A DNA stretch of 25,417 nucleotides from Bacilli bacterium (GCA_016302705.1 JAEDNC010000001.1:1-25417), one strand, 5' to 3'. Shown: positions 14,982-23,819, counted from the stretch's first letter. A program made the numbers and translations. Notes: a model not told the origin generated them from the letters alone.

Positions 14982-16493
14982 ATGAAACCTTCAAAATTAT
15001 TTCTTGCTGCTGTTCTAACCGTTGGTGGTATTGGTGCTCTTGCCTCTTGTGGAGGAGACAACTTTAACGGATTAACAATCAACTTCTGGCATACATTTGG
15101 CCAAACAGTTGCTGGTGGTATTGAAAGTTCTGCTGCGACATTTGCTAAATTAGTCAAAGAAAACGAAGGCGTTGATCTTCGTATCAAACTCACATATAAA
15201 GGTGGATATGATGATGTCTTAGGCGAAGTTGGTAAATCATTCTCTGCTGGCGGAAACCCAACAATTACTGTAGCTTACCCAGACCACGTCGCTGATTATT
15301 TTGCTGCTGAAGAAAATGCTGGCGAGAATTATGTCGTCAATCTTCAACCATATGCAGAAAATGCAACTTATGGTTTTGGCAAAGAAGCCTGGTTGGGCGA
15401 TAAAAATGGTGTTGATGATTTCGTTGAATCATTCTTTGAAGAATCAACTAACTATGCAAAAGATGGAATGTATTCTCTTCCATTCTTAAAATCAACTGAA
15501 ATTATGTTATATAACATCGATTTAGTCCAAACTGCCTTAAAAATTATCGAAGGCGGTGAACCAACAGTCGATGATGTTAACGATTATATGAAAAACCTTA
15601 CATGGACAGAATTTATGGATTTCTGCCAAATGATTAAGGAACATATGAATGAGATTTCTCCAAGCTTAGAAGTCCCTGCAGTTTATGATAGTGATGGAAA
15701 CTTATTTGTTACTCAAATGTATCAACAAGGTATTCCATATGCTTCATTAGGTACAAAAACAAATTCTGGCGTCGTAGATTTCGATGGTAGAAGTGAAGAT
15801 GCATCTCCAGAACAAAAAGATGCATATAATAGAACAATTAATTTTTTAAAACAATATAAGCAATGGTTTGATAAAGGCTATTTCACCACAAAAGGTGTTA
15901 CCGGCCAATATTCAAGTAACTATTTTGCCGCTGCTTCACCAAAGACAATGTTTGCCATTGGTTCATGTGGTGGATCTGGTTATTCGTTCCCATCTTCTAG
16001 TGAATTTAAAGTTGGCGCATGTAAAGTTCCATATAACAAAAACGCTACATACGTTTCTCAAGGACCAACATTAGCTCTTCTTCACAACAAGAAATTAGTT
16101 AATGCCGGAACAGATGATCAAGCAGTTCTATATGCTTGGAAATTCATCAAATATTTAACAAATGAAGATGTTAACGCTGCTCAATGTGCTTCTAACTCTG
16201 AAGGATACATTCCAGTTAGACAAAGCGCATATAACACTTCAGCATTCACTAACTTCATTAAGAGCGATACAGACTATGTTGTCGTTACAAAAGCTGTTAT
16301 CGAAGAAGTTAATGGCTCTTATTTCAGCTCACCAGTATTCAAAGGTAGCGCTGGCTTAAGAAAACAATGCGAAGGATGCTTTGCTGATGTTATGAAGCTA
16401 AAGATTTCCAAAGATGCAACTGATGAACAAATCGTAAATCAAATTAAAACCGTTCTCGATAGATGTATTAGTCAAGCAATTATCGGAATGTAA
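14982..16493 (+). CDS. ABC transporter solute-binding lipoprotein (family 1-like), paralog B
   Basis: Start placed at ATG 14982 after AAAGGA. Lipobox ALASC. Motifs INFWHTF, AYPDHVAD, SLPFLKSTE, FAIGSCGG, SQGPTL, AWKFIKYLT, GYIPVR. Confidence 0.88.
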   Translation: MKPSKLFLAAVLTVGGIGALASCGGDNFNGLTINFWHTFGQTVAGGIESSAATFAKLVKENEGVDLRIKLTYKGGYDDVLGEVGKSFSAGGNPTITVAYPDHVADYFAAEENAGENYVVNLQPYAENATYGFGKEAWLGDKNGVDDFVESFFEESTNYAKDGMYSLPFLKSTEIMLYNIDLVQTALKIIEGGEPTVDDVNDYMKNLTWTEFMDFCQMIKEHMNEISPSLEVPAVYDSDGNLFVTQMYQQGIPYASLGTKTNSGVVDFDGRSEDASPEQKDAYNRTINFLKQYKQWFDKGYFTTKGVTGQYSSNYFAAASPKTMFAIGSCGGSGYSFPSSSEFKVGACKVPYNKNATYVSQGPTLALLHNKKLVNAGTDDQAVLYAWKFIKYLTNEDVNAAQCASNSEGYIPVRQSAYNTSAFTNFIKSDTDYVVVTKAVIEEVNGSYFSSPVFKGSAGLRKQCEGCFADVMKLKISKDATDEQIVNQIKTVLDRCISQAIIGM

Positions 16494-16511
16494 TTTAAGG
16501 AGGTCATTGAT

Positions 16512-18986
16512 ATGACAAACACCTTCAAAAAACTTATAAAATTTATTACCGCAGCTGTGATGTTTGTGGGCGTCGGTTCTTTAGGCGCATGCGGACCTCA
16601 AGGTGATGGTTCAATCGACTATGTCCATAATGGAAGTGTTAAGTTAAAACTTGATTACAAGAACCATGATTTCTTTGAAGATGGTATTGGACAAGTTACT
16701 GTCTTAACATATATCGATGGTGATACTACTCACTTCAATAATGTATACGGTGACAAATCAACAACCTTAAAATCTCGTTATTACGGTATTGATACACCAG
16801 AATCTACTGGTGCTGTTCAACCTTTTGGTAAGAAGGCTAGTCACTTCACCGAAGAGAAATTAAGAAACGCTGCTGCAAACGGAACAATCGTTGTTTCTTC
16901 TCCATTTTCAACTGCTGAAGATGGTGGCAAAGGCGTTTATGATAAACCAAAAACCGACTCAACAGGTTCTCGTTATTTATCACTTGTTTGGATTAACGAA
17001 ACAGTGAAAGACGCTCCGGTTGAATCCTTGGTTTTACTTAACTTATGGATTGTTCAAGAAGGCTTATCTTGGGCAAAGAACACTAATGATGTTCCAGCAT
17101 ACAAAGATGTATTCTCAGATGCGATGAACCAAGCTGAAAGATTAGTCCGTGGATTATGGGCTGGCGAAGACCCAGACTTTAACTATGGTGACTATATTAC
17201 TACTTCTTTATATGATATTAAGAAAGAAGTCATGGCATCATTAGTTAAAACTGATCCAGAACAAAAGAATAAATATGATGGTGCAAAAGTCAGAATTACT
17301 GGTGTCGTTTCAGGCTTTGTTGATAGAATGCTCTATTTACAAGAAAAATATATCTTTGATAAAGAAACTCTTGAACCAGTTGATGATGACGATTATGATC
17401 CAGCACACCCAGAAAAATATATTGTTGAATGGGCAGGAATTAACGTCTTCTGTGGAATGACTCCTATTTCAAGTGGCTACACACAAATCGGAACATATCT
17501 TGAAGTTTGTGGTAACGCCGCTGACAGCGATACATTTGGCTTCCAAATTTCTGGTACTCAAGGACACTGGCCAGCTTCCATGGAATGGGAAGAAGGCGAT
17601 GACAACTGTAAAGTTATTCTTACAGCTGAACAAAATGATGGTGTTCACACCCTTCAATCATTTGACTATACCGCTAGTGAATTAAATGCTAACGTTACAA
17701 AATTAACTAAAGATATTAAAGACAAGAATCAAAATCTTAACTTCGATTTATTCTGTCGTACAAATATTACCGATGAATTAGTTTGTTCTAATGCATATTT
17801 AAATGGCGCTGGTGATGAATTAACACTCAACTTTAAAGGCGTTGATTTTACAGCCTATGTCCCATTTGGATATCACGGAAATCCTGATGATACCGCTGAT
17901 AGCTGGATGGATCCAAGCAAAGTTATTGGTAAATCATTCAAATTATCAGGTGTCTTCTCATACCACATTAATTCTAGTGGCGAAATTAAATTCCAAGTCA
18001 TCGTTTGTGGCGATAGCGATTTAGTTTGTACAACTGATAAAAAAGGTACAGTTAGGACATCTCCATTAACTGTTGGAGATACTTATGAAGTTTCATTTGC
18101 TGAAAATGTTAGCTACTACTTCAGAGGTAGAGCGACATCAGTTGCTGATGTAACAACATTAAAGACTCCTGCTCAAATTAAAGCAATTGCTGCTTCTTTA
18201 GGTAGAAATCAAGAAAGTGAAGACTACTATGGTGTCAAAGGTAGAATTGCTAGTATTGACACACCTTGGGATAAAGCATACGCAAATATCTCTGTTGTTA
18301 TTGGCGATAGTTCTAATAGTGTAATTGTTTACCGTGCAAAAGTTGTCGATTCGATTGATGGTAGTATAATTTCTGCCGGTAAAGAAATTAGCGTTGTTGG
18401 AAAAGTTAAAAATTTCAATAACACTGCTGAATTAGTTAACTGTACAATCTATAATTATGATGGACAAGGCGCGGTTGCAAGAAAGATCACATTCACTGAA
18501 AACGAAAAAACAGTTGAAGCTGATTTAGTTGTTGTTAATAAAAACTATACTGATTCAGTTATCGTTGATTCTTATATCACTTTATTTGGTGTTCCATCTA
18601 CTAAAGATGGCATTATTCACTTCGACGCAACAAAGATTATGTCTGCTTATAGAAGTGGTACTACTCCAGAAGATCCACTTACTCCATATAAAGCTACTTT
18701 AATTGCTGGGGAATTAGATGAAGGAGAAGAATCTTCTGAAACTTATTATATTGCTGGTACAGTTAACGAAATCACAAAGGCATATGACACTAGTACAAAA
18801 CGTATTAGTTTCGTTGTTACTGCTGATGGATTTAGTTACCTTATTTCTGGCGCTAAATTCTTATCAGGATTATCTCCAGAAGACTTAGTAGTAGGTAAGG
18901 ACGTTCTTATTAGAGCAGTTCTTAAGAAAGTTGAAGGAGTTTTGACAACTAGAGAAAACGGATGTCAAATTCAATCAATTAAATAA
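16512..18986 (+). CDS. Thermonuclease (SNase) family lipoprotein with C-terminal OB-fold-like repeats
   Basis: Lipobox SLGAC. SNase motifs YIDGDT, RYYGIDTPES, PFGKKASHFT, DSTGSRYLSLVW, LNLWIVQEGL, AERLVRGLW. Downstream beta-rich units (KVRITGVV, YYGVKGRI, YYIAGTV). RBS AAGGAGG. Confidence 0.88.
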   Translation: MTNTFKKLIKFITAAVMFVGVGSLGACGPQGDGSIDYVHNGSVKLKLDYKNHDFFEDGIGQVTVLTYIDGDTTHFNNVYGDKSTTLKSRYYGIDTPESTGAVQPFGKKASHFTEEKLRNAAANGTIVVSSPFSTAEDGGKGVYDKPKTDSTGSRYLSLVWINETVKDAPVESLVLLNLWIVQEGLSWAKNTNDVPAYKDVFSDAMNQAERLVRGLWAGEDPDFNYGDYITTSLYDIKKEVMASLVKTDPEQKNKYDGAKVRITGVVSGFVDRMLYLQEKYIFDKETLEPVDDDDYDPAHPEKYIVEWAGINVFCGMTPISSGYTQIGTYLEVCGNAADSDTFGFQISGTQGHWPASMEWEEGDDNCKVILTAEQNDGVHTLQSFDYTASELNANVTKLTKDIKDKNQNLNFDLFCRTNITDELVCSNAYLNGAGDELTLNFKGVDFTAYVPFGYHGNPDDTADSWMDPSKVIGKSFKLSGVFSYHINSSGEIKFQVIVCGDSDLVCTTDKKGTVRTSPLTVGDTYEVSFAENVSYYFRGRATSVADVTTLKTPAQIKAIAASLGRNQESEDYYGVKGRIASIDTPWDKAYANISVVIGDSSNSVIVYRAKVVDSIDGSIISAGKEISVVGKVKNFNNTAELVNCTIYNYDGQGAVARKITFTENEKTVEADLVVVNKNYTDSVIVDSYITLFGVPSTKDGIIHFDATKIMSAYRSGTTPEDPLTPYKATLIAGELDEGEESSETYYIAGTVNEITKAYDTSTKRISFVVTADGFSYLISGAKFLSGLSPEDLVVGKDVLIRAVLKKVEGVLTTRENGCQIQSIK

Positions 18987-19004
18987 AAAGAAAGGAGAAG
19001 ACTA

Positions 19005-19478
19005 ATGTATTGCTATCATTGTGGAAAACGAATCGATGAACGCAAGATTGAAAGCAAATCATCCTCTTTTGATTCAAACCAAGAATATGGTGAATTTACA
19101 AAAGTTCAATACATTTGCCCAAGATGTGGACATTTAATCCACGAAGGGTTATCAGAAGAAGATTCAAAAGAACTTTCACGTGCAAGTCACGCTCAAATCC
19201 AAAGAGCTAACAATAGCTATGCCCGTGGAATGTGTATGAATGCTTTAGGTGTTATCTTGCTTATAATTGCTATTATCTTCTTCATTTTAGCGAACAAACC
19301 TTCACAAGGGTTTGTTCTTCAAACCAATTGCGCAGAATTTTATGTATTCATTGGCGCAACTATTATATCTGTTATTCTTTTAGGAGTTGGAGCTTACTTG
19401 ACGATTATCGGACTCAAGACTAAGCACCATTACTACCAACTCTTAAAAGACTTAAATAACAAGACCTTTGTGCAGTAA
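19005..19478 (+). CDS. Small Zn-ribbon membrane protein (CxxC...CxxC plus 2 TM), function unknown
   Basis: MYCYHCG...YICPRCG, then two hydrophobic segments. RBS AAAGGAG. Confidence 0.75.
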   Translation: MYCYHCGKRIDERKIESKSSSFDSNQEYGEFTKVQYICPRCGHLIHEGLSEEDSKELSRASHAQIQRANNSYARGMCMNALGVILLIIAIIFFILANKPSQGFVLQTNCAEFYVFIGATIISVILLGVGAYLTIIGLKTKHHYYQLLKDLNNKTFVQ

Positions 19479-19517
19479 TCACAGAGGAAAAAAAACGATT
19501 GTTAATAAGGAGGCATT

Positions 19518-21887
19518 ATGAAATTTAAGAAATTATTACCAATCTTATTTACCGTCGGAATGCTAGCCGGTTGTAATCCATCCGCTGGAGGCGGATCACA
19601 AACTGGTGGTGACACAGAAGACGGAACACACACAATTGAAATCGTCAACAAGGCTGAAATGGAAGCCGATTGGATGATTGGCGATCCGACACGTCTATTA
19701 CAGTTAAGATTAACTGATAATGGAGAAGTTAAGAGTGACATTGGTGAAGTTTTAGCAAAGAACCTCACAATCACTATTGCAGATAGTAAGGTTGTTTCAA
19801 ATAACGCTTTAACATTCACAGCAATGGGTGAAGGAACAACAACAGTTGCTCTTAAGTACTATGGAACTCAAAAACATTTCAACATTAAGGTTGTCCATAG
19901 ACCAACAAACAAAGAACTTTATGGCACAACACACGAAGGCAACGCAGCAGATCCGTTTAATAATGAAGATGCGTTAAAGATTGCCAAGGCTCAAAAACAA
20001 GCTGGTAGTTATACAACTGATAAATACTATTTTGCTGGTACAGTTGATTCATTCTACCATGCTCCAGGAAGCAGAACTGACAAGATTTGTTCTTGGTATA
20101 TGACACCAGCTATTGCCGGTGGTGAAAGATTTGAAATTTACAAATGTACCATTACCGACGAAGGTGCCACTTCAAATAGACAATGGACAGAAGATGATAT
20201 TTGGAAAGGTGCAAACTTTGTCGCCAAAGGAAATCTTGCTGACTACAATGGCCAATATGAAACTGGCGCTGCTGAACTCATTAGTGTTTCCGGAACAAAA
20301 CCAGAAGTCCACACAATCGAAGCAACAGTTGCACAAGCTCTTACTGCTGGTAAAGCATTAAGTGAAGGCGATTCTACAATCGACACATATAACATTACTG
20401 GTTATGTTGTTAAGAAAGATGGAAACAACTACTTCTTAGCCGATACAAAAGAAGTTGCTAGTGATGACAAAGACATGTTTGAAGTTTACTATTACGCAGC
20501 ACCATCTCCTGAAATCGCTGGTAAATTATTAAAGGATGCTAAAGTTAAAATCAGTGGTATCAAAGTTAAGAATTATAAAGGACAAATTCAAACAACAGTT
20601 TCTCCAAAAGATGCTGATATCGAAGTTCTTGAAGCAGGTACAGAATGGGTTGCCCCAGCAGGCGAAGCAGTTACAGTTACTGAAGCTTTAGCAAAGATTA
20701 ACGCTATTGATATTACAGGTGTTACTGAAAAGACAACAATCTACGTTGAAGACGAAAAGATTTTCGACGTTACAGGTATTGTTGTTAGTAAAGGTACTTG
20801 GAGCAGCCAATATAATAACGCTGATTTCTACATTGCAGATACAATAGATGCAGCAAAAGATGCCCAATTACAAGTCTTTAGATTTGCTGATAAAGCAATC
20901 TTTGATGAAATTGCAGTTGGTGACACAGTTAAAGTTACATGTAAATTAGCTGCTTACGTTTTAGTTACTGAAGGTGTTCCTTCAATCGCGGCAAGAGAAA
21001 CAAACGCTGGTCCATCCGCAGTTATCGTTAATAAAGGCGAAGGCGGTGGCAGTGGAGAAGATGTCCCACCAGCAGGCGAAGCAGTTACAGTTACTGAAGC
21101 TTTAGCAAAGATTAACGCTATTGATATTACAGGTGTTACTGAAAAGACAACAATCTACGTTGAAGACGAAAAGATTTTCGACGTTACAGGTATTGTTGTT
21201 AGTAAAGGTACTTGGAGCAGCCAATATAATAACGCTGATTTCTACATTGCAGATACAATAGATGCAGCAAAAGATGCCCAATTACAAGTCTTTAGATTTG
21301 CTGATAAAGCAATCTTTGATGAAATTGCAGTTGGTGACACAGTTAAAGTTACATGTAAATTAGCTGCTTACGTTTTAGTTACTGAAGGTGTTCCTTCAAT
21401 CGCGGCAAGAGAAACAAACGCTGGTCCATCCGCAGTTATCGTTAATAAAGGCGAAGGCGGAGAAGGCGGTGGCAGTGGAGAAGATGTCCCACCAGCAGGC
21501 ACAAAAGTTAGTGTTGCAATCACAGCTAATTTATTTACAGCAGATGCTACTAATAACAAAATCGCTACTTATACAAGTGGTGATGCAACATTTACATTAG
21601 ATCAAAACAAATCTAAAACTGCAAATAGACTCTCTGATACAACCCATTTAAGAGTTTACCAAGACGCAAAATTAGCTGCTACAGTTACTGGAAAAACTTT
21701 TAAAACAGTTGAAATTACAGTTTTTGAAGAAAAATATGCAATCGCTGCTAACTTTACCGAAACTGATGCAACAGTTACAGTTTCTGGAACAACAGTCAGA
21801 TTTGCATTCGCAACCTCAGTTTCTGCATTCAGTTTTGTTGCAGCAGCACAAGTTCGAATTACTGCAGTCTCATACTACGCTGACTAA
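19518..21887 (+). CDS. Surface lipoprotein with Ig-like N-terminus and four OB-fold-like repeats; no catalytic motif recognised
   Basis: Lipobox MLAGC. Repeated T-V-x-(E/Q)-A-L...(Y/F)-x-(V/I)-T-G-x-V units, the last two nearly identical. RBS AAGGAGG. Confidence 0.75.
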   Translation: MKFKKLLPILFTVGMLAGCNPSAGGGSQTGGDTEDGTHTIEIVNKAEMEADWMIGDPTRLLQLRLTDNGEVKSDIGEVLAKNLTITIADSKVVSNNALTFTAMGEGTTTVALKYYGTQKHFNIKVVHRPTNKELYGTTHEGNAADPFNNEDALKIAKAQKQAGSYTTDKYYFAGTVDSFYHAPGSRTDKICSWYMTPAIAGGERFEIYKCTITDEGATSNRQWTEDDIWKGANFVAKGNLADYNGQYETGAAELISVSGTKPEVHTIEATVAQALTAGKALSEGDSTIDTYNITGYVVKKDGNNYFLADTKEVASDDKDMFEVYYYAAPSPEIAGKLLKDAKVKISGIKVKNYKGQIQTTVSPKDADIEVLEAGTEWVAPAGEAVTVTEALAKINAIDITGVTEKTTIYVEDEKIFDVTGIVVSKGTWSSQYNNADFYIADTIDAAKDAQLQVFRFADKAIFDEIAVGDTVKVTCKLAAYVLVTEGVPSIAARETNAGPSAVIVNKGEGGGSGEDVPPAGEAVTVTEALAKINAIDITGVTEKTTIYVEDEKIFDVTGIVVSKGTWSSQYNNADFYIADTIDAAKDAQLQVFRFADKAIFDEIAVGDTVKVTCKLAAYVLVTEGVPSIAARETNAGPSAVIVNKGEGGEGGGSGEDVPPAGTKVSVAITANLFTADATNNKIATYTSGDATFTLDQNKSKTANRLSDTTHLRVYQDAKLAATVTGKTFKTVEITVFEEKYAIAANFTETDATVTVSGTTVRFAFATSVSAFSFVAAAQVRITAVSYYAD
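20655..21500 (+). repeat. Intragenic in-frame tandem duplication: 414-bp unit (20655-21068) and 423-bp unit (21069-21491)
   Basis: The copies are identical by eye except for a 9-bp insertion in the Gly/Glu linker of copy 2. CCAGCAGGC occurs at 20655, 21069 and 21492. Confidence 0.97.
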
Positions 21888-21906
21888 TCAATGTAATTAA
21901 GATATT

Positions 21907-21934
21907 AGGGGCGTGCTCGCACGCTCCTTTTCTT
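21907..21934 (+). terminator. Intrinsic terminator closing the cluster
   Basis: AGGGGCGTG-ctcg-CACGCTCCT forms a 9-bp GC-rich stem (one G-U), followed by TTTCTT, about 20 nt after the stop at 21887. Confidence 0.85.
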
Positions 21935-21974
21935 GTGTCTTCATTTTCTGTATAATAATTTCAGGTATTTGAAT

Positions 21975-23126
21975 ATGAAAAAAAGATTATTTGTTTTTAT
22001 TAGTTTAGTGGCTGTTTCTTTAACTTCCTGTCAAAAAGATCCTGGCGAAGTTAAGTTTGATATAAGCGATATAAGTGCCACTGAAATCCACACTGAATTA
22101 CAAAAGGGTTTTATTGATAGTGAAGACCCTGACTTATTTATTAAACAAAATGATAATTATGAAAATAACTTTGCTCGTAAATCTCAATCAGCACCTTTAG
22201 GCATTAAAATAAGCTATAAAGTTACAACAGATAATGGTGCAAATGGTTCATATAAAGTTGTTACTAGTGAGACTATCGACTTCGCTAATTCATATGAGCA
22301 TCCAGCGAGTGGCGATTCCGCAGAATTATATAATTTAAAACTAAACACAAAATATTTTTATAAAGTTAAGGGATACTACAAGAGCACAATGTTTGAAAGT
22401 GAAGTTAAAGAATTCACAACAAGTAATTCAAAATTAAGAAATATATTTGCTGAAGGAGTCGAAAATGTCCGTGATATTGGCGGATATTTAACTGAAAATG
22501 GTAAATATATGAAACAAGGTCTTATTTATCGTACCGCTCAGTTTAATTACAATCATAGTAATGAAAACGCTCTTCAAAGCGAACCAACTTCAAGGGGAAG
22601 AGAAGTTTTAACTAATCAACTTGGTTTAAAAACTGAAGTTGATATTAGAGAAAAAGTTGATAAAAAAGGAAACGATGAAACTAATGGAATTACTTCTTCT
22701 CCATTAGGAAGTTCAGTGAAATATGTTAGTTTACCAATGAGATTTGGTGGTTCTAACCCAATTAGAGAAGAAAATAAAGATAATGTTAAAGCCTTTTTAG
22801 AATTATGCGCCAACGAAGAAAATTATCCACTTGCGTTCCACTGTGTTAGAGGAACCGATAGAACTGGTGCTCTCGCTTATGTTTTAGGGGCTCTCTGTGG
22901 AGTTAGTAAAGAAGATTTGATTAAAGATTATTTATTTTCTAATTTTGCAAACATCAATGGTGGAATATTAAAGACCAGTAATATTGATGGAAGTAGTTAC
23001 TATGTTTATGGCATTGAAAATTCAACCGGAGAAACAATGTCTCAAAAAGCAAAAAACTATTTAATTGATCGCACTGGTGTTAGTGAAGCGACACTTAACA
23101 GCATTATTTCAATTCTTGTTGGTTAA
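21975..23126 (+). CDS. Lipoprotein, protein-tyrosine-phosphatase superfamily (Y_phosphatase3/IphP-like), with FN3-like N-terminal region
   Basis: Start placed at ATG 21975 (MKKRLFVFISLVAVSLTSC lipobox). LYNLKLNTKYFYKV is FN3-like. Motifs NVRDIGG, IYRTA, VDIR, P-loop FHCVRGTDRTG, DYLFS. Confidence 0.85.
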   Translation: MKKRLFVFISLVAVSLTSCQKDPGEVKFDISDISATEIHTELQKGFIDSEDPDLFIKQNDNYENNFARKSQSAPLGIKISYKVTTDNGANGSYKVVTSETIDFANSYEHPASGDSAELYNLKLNTKYFYKVKGYYKSTMFESEVKEFTTSNSKLRNIFAEGVENVRDIGGYLTENGKYMKQGLIYRTAQFNYNHSNENALQSEPTSRGREVLTNQLGLKTEVDIREKVDKKGNDETNGITSSPLGSSVKYVSLPMRFGGSNPIREENKDNVKAFLELCANEENYPLAFHCVRGTDRTGALAYVLGALCGVSKEDLIKDYLFSNFANINGGILKTSNIDGSSYYVYGIENSTGETMSQKAKNYLIDRTGVSEATLNSIISILVG

Positions 23127-23214
23127 TCAATTATTCAAATAAATATTTAGCCAGGTTTTATTAGTGACCCGTCTTTTCTTTTTGATTAAAATATTTTTGT
23201 TGGAGATATAGATT

Positions 23215-23760
23215 ATGAAATTATTAATGTTATTCGCAGATGGTTTTGAAGATGTTGAAGCAGTTGCGACTCGTGATGTCCTTGCTAGAGCGGGGATTGA
23301 AGTAGTGGATGCCCGCATCAAAGAAGATGAGACAGTTATCTCATCACATAAAATGTATTTTAATCACTTTAAAAGGCTCTCTGAGGTGAATTTCCCTGAA
23401 TTTAGTGGAATTATTCTTCCTGGAGGTTCTCGTGGCGTAAATAATCTTTTAAATAGCGATGAAGTAATTAAAATAGTTAAAGAGTTTGCTGACTCTAACA
23501 AATTAGTGTGTGCGATATGCGCTGCTCCAATGGTGTTAGATAAAGCTGGTCTATTAAAAGGCAAAGATTTTACATGCTATCCTGGATGCGAAGTTGGGCT
23601 AGAAGGAAACTACACCGGAAAAGAAATTGTGGTCCTAGAAAAGATGATTACTGCAAGGAGTATGTTATATAGTATTCCGTTCGGTTTAGCGATCGTTGAA
23701 AAGCTCTTAGGAAAAGAAATTAGTAACAAAATTTATCAACAAATTGCAGGAATTAGATAG
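23215..23760 (+). CDS. DJ-1/PfpI family protein (YajL/ThiJ-like)
   Basis: FADGFEDVEA, ILPGG, catalytic AICAAP, FTCYPG, ITAR. Confidence 0.9.
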   Translation: MKLLMLFADGFEDVEAVATRDVLARAGIEVVDARIKEDETVISSHKMYFNHFKRLSEVNFPEFSGIILPGGSRGVNNLLNSDEVIKIVKEFADSNKLVCAICAAPMVLDKAGLLKGKDFTCYPGCEVGLEGNYTGKEIVVLEKMITARSMLYSIPFGLAIVEKLLGKEISNKIYQQIAGIR

Positions 23761-23771
23761 TTCCTTAAAAT

Positions 23772-23819
23772 AAAAAGATATTTTCTTGAAAACAGGCTCT
23801 CGAGAAGATATCTTTTTTT
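23772..23819 (+). terminator. Long hairpin / probable intrinsic terminator after the DJ-1 gene
   Basis: AAAAAGATATTTTCTTGA (23772-23789) pairs with TCGAGAAGATATCTTTTT (23800-23817), with two G-U pairs and a 10-nt loop, ending in a T run. Confidence 0.6.

Noticed and set aside
9359..16493. Naming the transporter ugpCAEB or malKFGE
   Set aside because: Family membership is clear but the substrate is not. No sugar or glycerophosphodiester enzymes are nearby, so gene symbols are withheld.
19488..19495. Poly-A tract upstream of the repeat lipoprotein as a phase-variation switch
   Set aside because: Only about 8 A residues in AT-rich intergenic DNA, and not between recognisable promoter boxes.
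20655..21500. CRISPR array or IS-related repeat
   Set aside because: These are two long, in-frame coding copies with no spacers, terminal inverted repeats or transposase.
949..21887. Natural competence or anti-phage nuclease system
   Set aside because: There are no ComEA/ComEC/pilin or defence-type domains. The nucleases are exported and paired with a nucleotidase and a solute importer, which fits nutrition better.
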